Assembly (NCBI GenBank): GCA_977018835.1
Contig: OZ361257.1
Span: 1,612,001-1,676,000, forward strand
Reading direction: 5' to 3'
DNA length: 64,000 nucleotides
Source of the DNA: Minutocellus sp. GHC0000111
Lineage: Eukaryota
Positions 10,216 to 22,200 of this stretch are shown piece by piece. How positions within the stretch are numbered: position 1 is the first letter of the stretch; every line of letters starts with the position of its first letter. Below the pieces are notes generated by a model that was not told the origin of the DNA, ran no database searches, and saw only the letters and a list, made by a program, of their open reading frames with translations. A program made the position numbers and the translations under genes.

Positions 10216-11982
10216 ATGTTGTCGTCTACAAGCGTCGAGCGAGAATTTGTACCAAAGTCGAGCGCAACGGACCGGGGAGGAGAGGTGTGGAGGACGAATA
10301 GATGCGTTTGGAGCTTTGCTTTCTTGGAAATGAGACATTCAACGCCTCTTCAAGAAAACCATTCGTTCTGTGTGCTTCTGACGGTCGCTTCCCTCTCTAT
10401 TATGTTCGAATTGTCATTCATCGGAGCTTTGACCCGCCCTTTCCCCCTCGCCCTTCATCTCACAAAAATGAGGATGCTGCTTCGACCACGCTTGCAGTCA
10501 CTGCAAAAAATCCTTCGAAGGCTCCAGCTTCTGCTTCAGCTGGAAAGAAGGAGACGAACTGCAAGGCCCCTGGCGCTCCAAAGCGCTTCAAGAGTGCGTT
10601 CATTTTCTTCACCATGCATCGGCACAAGACAATTCGTAAGGAGATCGAAGAAAAGCTCGGAAAGGGCGATAGGGTAAGTATTCTCATAACGTCGACATGT
10701 ATCCCTGTCCCTACCGAAGCGAAATGAAGAATACGAAGCATAAATAAAGTCGAAGAAAAGAATCTTTCATGACCATCCTTTTTCTTACAATATGATTTTT
10801 CTCTCTTTTATAAATTGAATTCAACAGACTCCTGACGTTGCCAAAATTATATCCGAGGAGTGGCGGAATATGAAGCCGGAGGATCGAGCCATCTGGGATG
10901 AGAAGGCACGCCTCGACAAGGAGAGATTCGAAGTTGAGAAATCACTTAATACCGGCCCTTGGAAGATCCCTGTGAAACAGAAGTCTCGGAAGGATCCCGG
11001 GGCTCCCAAGCGCCCCATGAGCTCGTTCTTGTCTTATTCTAATAGCAAGAGGTCCGAGATCAAGAGGACTCATCCTGGAATCAGCAATGCCGATGCCTCG
11101 AAGCTTCTGGCTAAAATGTGGAAGGAAGCTCCTTATGAAGAGAAGAGAGAGCACATTGAGCGAGAGGAGCGCCTCCGTGAGATCTACAAACGTGAGATGG
11201 CCAAGTATCGGAACAAGAAGAAGAATGAGATGGAAGAGATCCGTGGAAAGAGAGAGGAAGCGGCCCTCAATTTCATTGACAAGAGGCCAAAGGGAATCAT
11301 TGACAAAACAACTTTGACGTCTGTTTCTTGGGTTGATGAAAGTCTAAATTCAACCAAGATGGCGTCTGGGACTACTCCTGCAACTTCGGCAGTAGCTCCG
11401 ACCGTACACGGAGCCTTTGCTGCAATTCAGTCTCAGAATCCGTCTGGACACTGTGTGCATGGAATGGCTCCTGTAGCCTTAACTGCTCCGGCCGCACCGG
11501 TAGCCTCGGCCGCACCGGCCGTAGTTCAGTCTCAAGTCCCATCTGGTCAACACATGCGCAGCGGCCATTACGGTCACCAACCATATATTTATCAGCATTA
11601 TCCACCTTCGACTGCTCCTGGCCCTTACACTGTACCTCAGCCCTACCACCACCAGCATTATCTTCCAACGAATACCATTACTAATCCTCACAGTGGTGCG
11701 CCTCCACCCACATCCTCCTACAATCCCTATTCAAGCGGCCCACCGTTTCATTCTAGTCCGATTGGCGCACAAGTAGGTCAACCCGGCGTGCATCAATTCA
11801 ATTACATTGCGCGCTACGATGGCGCGCACTACAATGGCAGCGGCCAGGTGCTTCCACCTCCTCCACCTCATGTTGCTGCCCAGATCGCACCTTTGCCTGT
11901 CGCCGGGCAGAATCATCGATCAGACTTTGCCGTAAAAAGGGGCCAAGAGGAAGAAACTGCATGTAGAGTCGAGGAGGTTTAG
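10216..11982 (+). CDS. Double HMG-box protein with a Pro/His-rich tail
   Basis: PGAPKRFKSAFIFF and DPGAPKRPMSSFLSYS HMG boxes. The phase-0 intron 10674-10827 (GTAAGT...CAG) restores box 1. The first exon (10216-10284) and intron 10285-10472 are provisional. Confidence 0.85.
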
Positions 11983-12378
11983 AAGAACAGAGGATGGAAA
12001 TCCTATTTTGGCTGGGCACAAGAAGGACAAGAGGATAGAATGTGGATGGCTCGGAGTTCAGTTCAGAACTCAGTGGAGATTCCCAAACCACATGTACCGG
12101 AAGGGCTCTCGGCAAGTATCAGCATCAAACTACAGGTCTTCAAGTACCAAGCGAAAAGATTAAAAAAAACATTTCGAGGGATTCAAAATAAATAATTGCC
12201 ATACTACAGTAGGGAATACAAATAACGATGAGCATTATTTGCCTCCATCATTCGCAAAGTTTTATTCTCTTTCGATATACGCCCTTTCCTTCCAACGTTA
12301 CGTGTGCAATCACTGCTATCCGTGCTACGTAGCTAGATTGTTCTTTCAATAGCAGCGCACAATAGCCAACATCATAAA

Positions 12379-13790
12379 TCATACCGGTAAGAAATCCGAA
12401 ATGCATTGCGGCATTTCCATCGTCGGGGCAGCCACAAGGTCAGGCGTTATGGTTGGTCTCTTATGTTCCATCAGCTGCTGTTCTCTGACCAACCTTTGCG
12501 GTGTGCTGTATCCCATAACCCTATCAAAGTCATCAAAGATGGGATCCACGGGAAAGGGCCAGGTATGATACCCAGCAATGCCGAACACATCCTTGAGCGG
12601 GATTGGCTCCTCATCACTCTGGCTCATGGTATTGGTGGCCTTCTTTTTCAGCCGGTCAATCGTACCAATGCCCGTCATGATTCCGTACGTTACATTCATC
12701 AGCATTGAGGAGGTGAAGAGGAAGGCGCCGACGCAAAGCACGGTCATGATCCGCACGAGGTGAACGACGAGGACGTGGAAGGTGCAGTCCTCGTCGGCGC
12801 AGAAAAAGTAGTTGAAGCCAAAAATACCGAGGGCATAGGCCGAGCAGGTCCACGTATAGATGAGGAAGAGAACAAAGTGCTTCAGGTTGGCGGCGCCTAC
12901 GCAATTATTCATCCAGGGGCAGTGGTGGTCCATCCGACTTACGCAGCGGTTGCAGATTCGGCAGTGATGGCTCATGGGAGGCTTGAAGGTTTGACATTGG
13001 CCGCACATGGAGTGGGAGGTGGAGTCTCGCCGTTGAGTTTCCTGCGGTACTGCACTGCGGGGGACTGATCCGGGATCGGTCAGTGAGGTTTTGGCATGAC
13101 TTGAAAGTGCCATGGCCACGAGCGTGCAGTAGACCATACCCAGTATCGGATGTATGCCTCCTGTGATGGTGAGAAGCGTTACTGTTGCTGCGGAGTACAG
13201 CATCAAAAGCCAAACCAATGCTGCCATTATTGACCCCGCTTGATCGCCCGAGTTCATCCATATACCATTCTGAGAGAAATTATAGTAAGAAAAGGGGGAG
13301 GTGTTGACCATTGTGAGATGAATTGATGGTGGGAGAAAAACCAATGCGATTGTGTGATGATTTGCCAACCGGGCCAGGGCCGCATACATCCAGACAGGGA
13401 AGAATTAATCAAGTGAATCATCGGGCGCTACAAATGCACCGATCCCCAAAGGTGTTCCCCACACTTAAAAGTAATAGTCCAAACAACATTCGTCCTCACC
13501 TCCTCTCCCGTTCCAAAGGAGCAGCCCCAGGGCTCCCCGTTGAAGGAATCGACGTAAAACTCTCCCTTCGTTCGCATCCGCGGCATGGGCTGCGGTTTCG
13601 ACCCTCGCTTCGTTTCGTCGTACCCGTAGTCGTAATCGAGATTCTCCACCACGGGATCGTACTCGCATCCGCATGCGTTACGGATGCAAGACCGGGCCGG
13701 GCCCATAACGGTCCGCCGGGTGGTACCGGCGGTTGTGGACATGCCGTCGTTGTCGTCATAGGTTGCGCTCTCTCCGTCGTCTCGTGCCAT
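12379..13790 (-). CDS. DHHC palmitoyltransferase
   Basis: DPG, CGQCQTFKPPMSHHCRICNRCVSRMDHHCPWMNNCVG and four TMs. Exons 13790-13500 and 13269-12379, intron 13499-13270 (GTGAGG...CAG). Confidence 0.93.
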
Positions 13791-14553
13791 TTTTGACGTG
13801 TGATTATTTGTTATGAAAAAATTTGTGCAAGTATGTAATGGTGGAAACCGCGTGAGAAGCAGAGTTGCCACCCTTTGTCAAGTTGGTGTGGCTATATGCC
13901 TTGCCGCAGTCTGGTCAATGCCAAGAGATTACCAGCAACAGCTCTGCTCTGGGTCCCTTGAGCAAGCAACCTTCGTGGTGCCGGTAGGTGGCCAAAAATG
14001 GACTGATGTGTTTGGAAATTCAATCGGCACGACCTTTTGTCTAAGGATGCAACAATAAAATATCAGCAAGACAGAGCTGTAGGGATGAAACGTGCGAAAC
14101 AAAAGAATGGCGGAAGGGCAGGAAGGGTTGGTCCTCTCCTCGCCTCTGAGCTCTGCTCTGCTCGGTTCGTCTTGAGACGGTTCTTGCTGTTTGTCGGCCG
14201 GTGTGGTCGTTTGGTATGCTTTTATCCAGTCATGAAGATATTTTTATCTTCATCACTTTTGGGGGTTTTTGTCACAGGGCCCCTCGGAAGAGCGGCGCGC
14301 CTTGCTTGGCCAGCCTTGGACCATCGCACCGGTCGGTGCGTACAGTACATGTACGTGTAGATAGATTTGCCGGTACATTCACAGGACCCGTAGTAGATCT
14401 ACGGATAGTGAAAGTATTGACGCGGTTTCGATTCCCTAATGTAATTTCATTCCTAAAAATTTTACCGGTAGTTCTACAATAAAAGAGCGCCGCAGCAGCG
14501 CATCATTGCTTTTTTTTCCGGCCATGGCATTGTTTTTTCCGGCCATGGCATCT

Positions 14554-15665
14554 CTAAAGCTTGGCCGGTGTGACAGAAATGTTGTCACCGTACATCTTCA
14601 GCAGACTCTTCACGTCGCCCTTCCCGGGCTTCTTGCCATCGCTAAATTCACCCATGCAGCTACCGACTCCGTAATCATGTGCTAGGCCGATGGCGTGGCC
14701 GAGCTCGTGACACAGGATGTACTGGAGGTTGTACATCGGGCTCTTGGTGCCGTGACAAGTCTTGTCAACGCGGACCAGGGCAGAATACTGTGTGACCACC
14801 CTTTGACCCTCTGCGTTGATTCGATACTGTTTGGAGGATGCGCGTTAAAGTAAGGTTGTCGTTAGTCAAAAAGCACGGTGGTATTGGAGGTAGATACACT
14901 ATTAACAAATTCAAACTAAACTGACTGTTGTAGGAAAAAGGGCTTACCTTGTATTCGACATCGGCCTTGCCGCAGCAATCGGGACCGCACGTTCCGTACA
15001 CGACGTGGATGGCGTTGGGGATGTGGGTGAGCTGGGCGTTCTGTCGCGTGTCGCACTCGGCCTGACGGTACTTTAACTGAACAGCCCCACGGGACTTTTT
15101 GTTCCATTGCTTCCTGGCCTTGTTGAGGGCGATCGGCCAGTTATTGCTATTCTCCACGCACAGATTGCTGATGATGGGCAGCCCCTGGACCGATTCGAGG
15201 GGCCATTTCATCCATTCGGCCTGGGCCCGATTCTTGGAACAGATGGTTGTTCCGTCGTCCGTCTCGAGACAGGCCTTGATGTTGAGATCAGGGTGGTCCA
15301 CCAGAGGATCTTCAGCTAGCGCAATGAACACCTCCTCGTTGGTACTTGCTTCAATGCTGGTATCCAAGCCCAGATCCAGCGCTAGTTCCGGGGTATCCGA
15401 GGAGATTGTCTCTGTCTCGGCCACTGTTTCCTCGGTCAAGTTGTTTTTTTCCGACACGTGACGTTTGGCGTCAATTACTACCGGTATTGATACATCAGAT
15501 GCATCCGAGGCCGTTCGCTGGACATCGGCCTCAGCCGAAAGGGCGGTGGAGGATGCGCTGGACATCGGCCTCAGCCGAAAGGGCGGTGGAGGATGCCAAT
15601 ATGACGCCCAAGACAGCAGAAGTTCGACGGCGGCGGCGGCCGGTAGTCATCGTCGTCATGGTCAT
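14554..15665 (-). pseudogene. Secreted metzincin (matrixin-like) zinc protease, frameshifted by a 40-bp tandem duplication
   Basis: HELGHAIGLAH plus Met-turn (SCM). The intron 14947-14827 joins VEYK|YRINAE in frame. The signal peptide is in another frame because 15516-15555 is duplicated. Confidence 0.75.
15516..15595. repeat. Exact 40-bp tandem duplication
   Basis: CGCTGGACATCGGCCTCAGCCGAAAGGGCGGTGGAGGATG at 15516-15555 and 15556-15595. Confidence 0.97.
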
Positions 15666-15875
15666 GGTCTTGCGATTTGGGCAAGAGCGCCAACTGAAAT
15701 TTTGAGGAGGCGCGAATGCCGATAAAATGCCGGCCGGCTCGCACATTCCGATTGTTGACGGAGGAAGGACAGACAGTTTGTCGAGTAAGTCGCGTCGAGA
15801 TGAGGGACGTACTACGTGGGCTACCGTAGTACCGGTACGTTTCGCCTTCACCTGCTCAATGAACACCTAGATCTA

Positions 15876-16363
15876 CAGTCCGTCCCCGATGATAAGCATA
15901 TTTGATATGCTTGCTTGGGACCTCAAATTTTAGCTGCTGATAAGCATAAGCAGACCTCAGCTTTAGCGTCATGCTTATTTTTCTCTCATGGCAGGCCCTC
16001 ATTGATGGAGACTACGTCCTCCAGGACTTTGGCGGGGATGCTCTATATATATCTTTCCAAGAAGAACTTTGAGAAGCTTCGTTCTGGCTTCTCTGGAGGT
16101 CGGGTTGAAGGCTTGGTGTGGAGTCAAGCTGGAGTAAGGCTGGTTTTGCGGTCTGGAGAGGTTTTCACGTTGTTTGCGAGAGTAATCCGAGTAATTTTTC
16201 CTCTCCTTAGACCTTATTTTTGCTACATGTACCATGGTACCTGGTATTGCAACGTCATCATCAAATAAGCATATGCTTAGGTGAGACCTCAGCTTTTGCC
16301 TTTACGCAAGCATTTTGAGACCTCAGCCCCAGAATGGATATGCTTATTATCGGGGACGGACTG
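15876..16363. mobile_element. Non-autonomous Tc1/mariner-type MITE (488 bp)
   Basis: 26-bp terminal inverted repeats CAGTCCGTCCCCGAT(G/A)ATAAGCATAT with one mismatch, TA on both flanks (15874-75, 16364-65), subterminal GACCTCA and ATAAGCAT repeats, and no transposase. Confidence 0.92.
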
Positions 16364-16628
16364 TACCTGCATGCACTAGCTAGATCTACATGTATGTGGA
16401 GAGTACATCTACCGGTAAATAAGAATTCGATGTAGCCCTCCAGTGTCAATTCATGTAGGTCCTCTCTATCTACATGTAGGAATTCCTATTGTACAAGTTG
16501 AGTCTACGTGTAGATCTACGTTACTTTCTGCGTTATGAATGCAATCGCAAAAATGATGAATCGAATCGGTATGAACAGAAAGATGTTATGCATGGGTCAT
16601 ATGGCACATACATGTAGACACCTCATTG

Positions 16629-19092
16629 TTAGAGATTTGCCACAAAGGCAACCAAAATCTTTGCCGCAGTAAACAGAAACAGAACTGGGCGGAACATCCG
16701 CCGTGGTGCTGCCGAGGAACTGCTGCTGCTGGCTTCATCACCCTCTTCCTCAGCAGCGTTGTTCTGCGATTGCTTAGTGCTGAACTGATCTTGCAATTCG
16801 TAATGATTCTTGCTAGGAGTTCCACCGACGATTAGATCACTCTGAAATAGAGCAACCAGCTTCGGCTTACCTGCATCCTTGTTGTTGCGACTTCGTAAAG
16901 AAGCGACGAAACTATGAATACGTTCACCACCATCGGACCAGGACACAAACGAAAATGGCTCACCGCATTCAACGATTGTTGCAGGTGCCTCAACCTCAAA
17001 GGAATGATTATCCCATGTAAGTATGGTTGCCGGGGTGCTGATAGTGTCGCCATAGGCAATCAACTTTAGGCCTCTTGGACTGGTGTCAAACTCCAACTCA
17101 ACAATCTTGGGCATGATTTTCATACTTGCGGTTGTGGATAGCCCAGTGGAATCCGTTGCAGTCAGCAGTATCTCGAGATAGCTTGTTGTAGCTGCATCGA
17201 AATCTTCCGGTTCCGGAGCACCATCCAGCACAATGCGATTGCCGGAAGTAGGATCCAGAAAGGGGTGCCAGTGATTATTGTGATGCTGACGAACTTCCCA
17301 TGTGAGCATGCTGTCGTCCAGATCTCCATCCTCCCGGTCAGCTGCCGATCCTTCCAAAACAAACACATCACCAACTGAAAATAACGTTCCTTCAGAAGGA
17401 CTTGTAATGACTGGAAAGGGAGGAGTATTGTCCACCTCAATGCGAATCGTCACGGTATCTGTTCCGCCATTGCCATCTTTGACAGTGAGCGATGCCATGT
17501 AGGTGCCAGCCTCGGTGTACTGAAAGGATGCCTTGGAGGTTGTTGAAACAATGTTCGTGTCGCTGCCGGTACCAAAATTCCACTCGAATGTCAATTTATC
17601 TCCATCGGGGTCAGCTCGTGGTTTCATCAAAATTGACAAGTAATGGGCTGAACCCGTAGGTGACATCAGCATCAATATTGGCCGTTGGAGACCTGTTGGC
17701 GGTCCCGGTAAATGCGATGCGATAGAGTCCTGCTGTATTCCTTCGGTTTCCGTCTTTCCCCCTCGTCACATAGTAGAGGGCCGATCGCCCATCGGCGACC
17801 GGAGGACCGAATGCCATCGAAACTGCCTTCTCATTGCTCGATAGGACTTTGGTGTCGTAGTGTGGCACGGGGGGATTGCACTCGTCGCATCCATTGCTTC
17901 CTTTGGTCATTACATGAATGCCCGAGACTGCGTATTCGGCAAAAATGTATGCATTACGAAAGATGTCTGGCCAACCAGACTCCTTTGATACGAACGCTCC
18001 GCCTGTGATGCAGCCACCATTTTCTTCATCGTGAGGATACCAATAGACAGCATCCTGGGTAAAATTATTAGGCCGACAATCTGCCGCAGCATTCCGGTTG
18101 TAGATGCATGGTCCATCTTGCATTGGATAGCCATAATTTCCTCCAATCCTGCCCTCCACGACTATCTCCCATCTCGTTCGTCCGACATCGTTGATGTAGA
18201 AACGTGTGGCCGCCGAATCAGGATCGAAGGACATGCGAAAGGGACTTCTCAGCCCGTAGGCAAATATTTCCTGACACTTCGTTTCGGCATTGGGCGCCTC
18301 TCCTTCGATGTCACCGCACCTTATCGTGTCTAGATGTCCTTGGGACGGAGTGAATGGATTCTCTTCTGGTATCTCTCCCTCGTCAGTTAGTCGAGCGATC
18401 GTCCCAAATAGATTAGATGTGGCTTGACTGTAAAAGACGCCGAGATCATTTTTCCACACACGCGTGCCACCATCACCAAGCGAAGCATACAGCAACCCAT
18501 CTTTGCCAAAGGCAAGGGAGCCTCCGTTATGATTGTGGACGGGCTGTCTCGGTGTTTCCAGGAAAACCTTCTCACTCGATTCTATTACTTGCTTTGCTTT
18601 TGGGTCCAATACGAACCGGCTGAGGCGGTTGACCGGTCCTCGATTCAGCCCACGCTTGTTCTCCCCGTTGTAGCAGTCGTTGTATTTGTCGTAATTGTAG
18701 TGCATGTAAATGTATGGTATGGTAGGGTACGACGGATGAAAGGCAACTCCACCAAGACCCCTCTCTCCATTCACGCACATGCGTGGTGCCAAATCGATGG
18801 CCAGAGTGGTTTGGATGGGATCGGAACTGAAGGAGACATTCTCGACTACCCATAACTGACCCGTCTTCTCCGCCACTAGCAGCATTGTGTTACCATCATC
18901 GTTAGGTGCAACCTGAACGTCGGTGGGGTTCAAAAAGTTCCAGAGGAAGGACTCTTCAAAGCCGAGAGAAGCGAATTCCTCGTCCACCGCCGAAGGAGGT
19001 GCAAGTGCCGCCGAGCAGAGGAGCAGGCGGGACGATACCCCCAACACCGACACAAGCAGGGGCAACATCTGGCACGAAGCGAGCGGGCGCAT
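16629..19092 (-). pseudogene. Secreted glucose/sorbosone (PQQ-type) dehydrogenase beta-propeller plus PKD domain, frameshifted near 17612
   Basis: ERGLGGVAFHP, HNGGSLAFGKDGLLYASLGDGG, IFAYGLRSPFRMSFD, GGNYGYP, ITGGAF. The PKD domain NRSPTA..G.SPL.VNFD / DPDGDKLTFEWNFG..YTEAGTY.ASLTVKD is split across frames. Start at 19092 or 19068. Confidence 0.8.
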
Positions 19093-19298
19093 CGGCCCAC
19101 TGGCTACTACTGCGGCTATGGGAAAGCGGGACAAGGTCAACAATGGAACGAAACAAAGGAGGCATCGCGGCTTGGCCGCTTGGCGGGGCGGATGCGGAAC
19201 GACACGGTAAATTAACTCTTCAGCGTTCGCATTCGACCTGCAAGACGTCTCATTATTTCGCTGGTTCTTGCTCATTCGGCTCGATCGATGAACCAGCC

Positions 19299-22200
19299 AT
19301 GGCAGCAAGCGCAACACCAACACCATCTCTAATATCACTCTTTGACTCGATCTGCGCATCGGACGGCGACTCGACTGCCTTTGTATCGGCAAAGAATGAT
19401 GGCGTTGGTGGAATCGAAGTGTCGCCGTCGTCAGGTCACTTTGCTCGTACCGAAGTGGGCTTCTCGGAATTGCGAGAGGCCTCGATTGCCATTGCCAGTG
19501 AGCTGTGTCATCGCCATGGTGTCACACAGTCGAAAATTTCGAGCAACAACACACTCTCAACCCGTGGCATCCTAGTCATATCCGATCATCCCTCGGCGGG
19601 AGAGGCCGCTGCTGTGTTAGCTTGTGCTCGATTGCGTGTCCCTTTTGTTCCTGTGGATCTTGTTGGTCCCAACAGAGTGGGGATGAAACGGCTGCGCAGC
19701 TTGTTGAGCGATTGTGACTGCAAGACAGCAATTGTTGTGGTTGACGCGAGCGACACTGGGCCTAGTACTCAAGGGGTAGAAGACCAGGCAGGAGAAACTG
19801 CAGTAGATGCAGATGAAACAGATGATGACTTTTTAACCGCGCCGGCGATGCAAACGACTGCTGACTCGCAGCTCGATCAACATCCCGCTGTAAAACTATT
19901 GGAGAGGGCAGGCATATATCGTCATGTGATGATTTCTTCTCGAGATGGGACACTGTTGAATGGACTTGGTATTAGCGAATTGGAATTACCTGAGTCAATC
20001 GTCGAGGAGACCAGTGCGTCGCTCCGGGATCCACTGTATGTACTCTGTACATCCGGCAGTACCTCGAGCGGTCAGGGTCAGCAGAAATCGGGGAAGGCTG
20101 TAGCGCAGACCCACGGGGGACTCTTGAATAGAATTCAGTGGCAGTGGGAAACTTTCCCGTTTGTGCAACAAATGCGTCGTGATATAGGATTTGCGGAGAC
20201 GAATGCATTGCTCGATGCTGATGGCCTGCTACCTACAAATGACATGGTAGTTCGACGTACTCCATTGGCCTTTGTTGATTCCATTTGTGAGATATTCGCT
20301 ACGCTCCTTGCGGGAGTTCCTCTCTATTGCCCTTCCTCGCAATTGCTTCGGTGTGAGGGTTTGGTCGGAATATTGGACGAGGCCGAACACGTTGGTGCGA
20401 CCAGAATTACATGTCTCCCAAGTCAGTTGTCGCAAATGCTTCGGATTGGCAATACTAGTAGTAAATCTGCGTCTTGGCCATGGACATCATTCAATATCGC
20501 GATTGTGAGTGGCGAACCTTGCCCACCTTCGCTACCTGAGCTCTGGGAAAAGACAATGTCGGATTCATCATCGTCAAGTGCATGTCCTCGCAAGCTGCTT
20601 GTCAATCTATACGGGCAAACAGAAAGTTCAGCGGATGTTCTCTGCGCTGTAATTTCCAAGGGTGGGGCTGGGAAGAGCTCCAATGTATCTCGGTTTCCCC
20701 ATGCATCGAAGTATCTTGTTTTGTCTGATAATGGATCAGCCTTGAGTGGAGGCAATTGGTGGCCGCCGGCAAAGAAAGACACACAGGTGACAGTGGATGA
20801 ATCACTAGCTCGGTCATTAAGGTGGACCGTGCCCTGTGGTCACCCTATTCATCGCCACAATGTAATTGTCGGCTTCCCACAGCAGAGGGGTGAGAAAGAT
20901 ATGAAGTTTGCCATGGGCAATCTGTATGTCAAAGGACCTGGCTTGGCGCTGGGCTACTTGAATCGACAAAATGAAAACGAGAAATCCTTTAAGGAAATAA
21001 ATGGCGAACAATGGTTGGATACTGGCGATTTAGCATATCTCGATGATGGCACCGGCATCGTGTATATTCTTGGTAGGTCTGGGGACGACGTAGGGAAGGT
21101 GATAGGTAAAAGAGGTGCATCACTTGTAGGGAAGATCAATGGAGTACTAGTTCACACTGCGGAAGTTGAGGCTATCTTTTCTTCCGCCCTGTCGGAAATA
21201 ATTAAGCGAAAGGAAGAAAAGCCTTCAAAAGTGAGAGAGACTTTGTCAGATGATGGCCTCAACGTAGTCGCCGTAATTCACCAAGTCAAATCAGCGGATA
21301 GCGACGACACTGGCGCAACATGCAGTCATCCAACGAGACTTTCTGTCTTTGTTGATGCATCTAGCATGCCGGTGAGCTTGCTCCGTCAGCAGGCAAAGGC
21401 GCTATTATTGGGGAAAAGTTCAACGTGCACCCAGATTCCGCCAAAGGAAGCGTTTGCACCGGCCTACCAAAGCTTACTTGATGAAGTCAAAGCACAGCTT
21501 ATTGGAAATGACGATTTGAATTCGACTGATGCTGATAGCGAATTCGTATGCCATCCAGCGCTAGTCCCTCATCGCTTCTATTTAGTGTCTAGAATGCCAC
21601 GGTCTGGAGCTGCCGGCAAGATCGATCGATCCGAGTTGGTGCGGCTCTCAAGTTTGCCCAGTGAAGTCCACGGTCAATGCACCGAGCATCAAGTCAGCGC
21701 GGACTGTCCAATATACACCATGGTCTCGAAAACTTTTCAAAAGATTCTGGGCCTTGACTCATCATCACGTAACGATTTATCTTTTTCAGAACTCGGGGGA
21801 GACTCAATGATGGCCATTGAGTGCGCTCACAAGATAAATCAGCAGTTAAAGAAGACCAAAGGAATCAGGGTCGAGCATGTGAGCCCCATAGACGTAATGG
21901 AGTTATCGGTGGACAAAATGAGATCTTTGCTTTTGTTGGGAAGGGAAACGGCGAAGACCAGGGTCGCTGAGAATAGAAATGAGAAACCTACAAGCACGGA
22001 GCACCTGGAATCTTTAGGCGACGTGGTACTCTCATCTACTGTTTGTTCAGGCAATGCGGCGGGAATTCACGTCAATTGGAAATGCCGTCTCCTCATGTGC
22101 GTTGATGCGAAACCTCTCCTTGTCGAAAATACTTCACGTGGGAACGTGGTCATCGTTGGGTCCCAAGGCGGCGATCTTCTCTGTTGTTGTTCTGAATCTG

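Noticed and set aside
11983..12195. Stop-free frames after the HMG-box gene stop
   Set aside because: No recognisable motif or compositional match; cannot be distinguished from 3' UTR.
14504..14551. Imperfect ~21-24 bp tandem duplicate CATTG(C)TnCCGGCCATGG
   Set aside because: Only two copies, in a 3' UTR; ordinary slippage, not an array.
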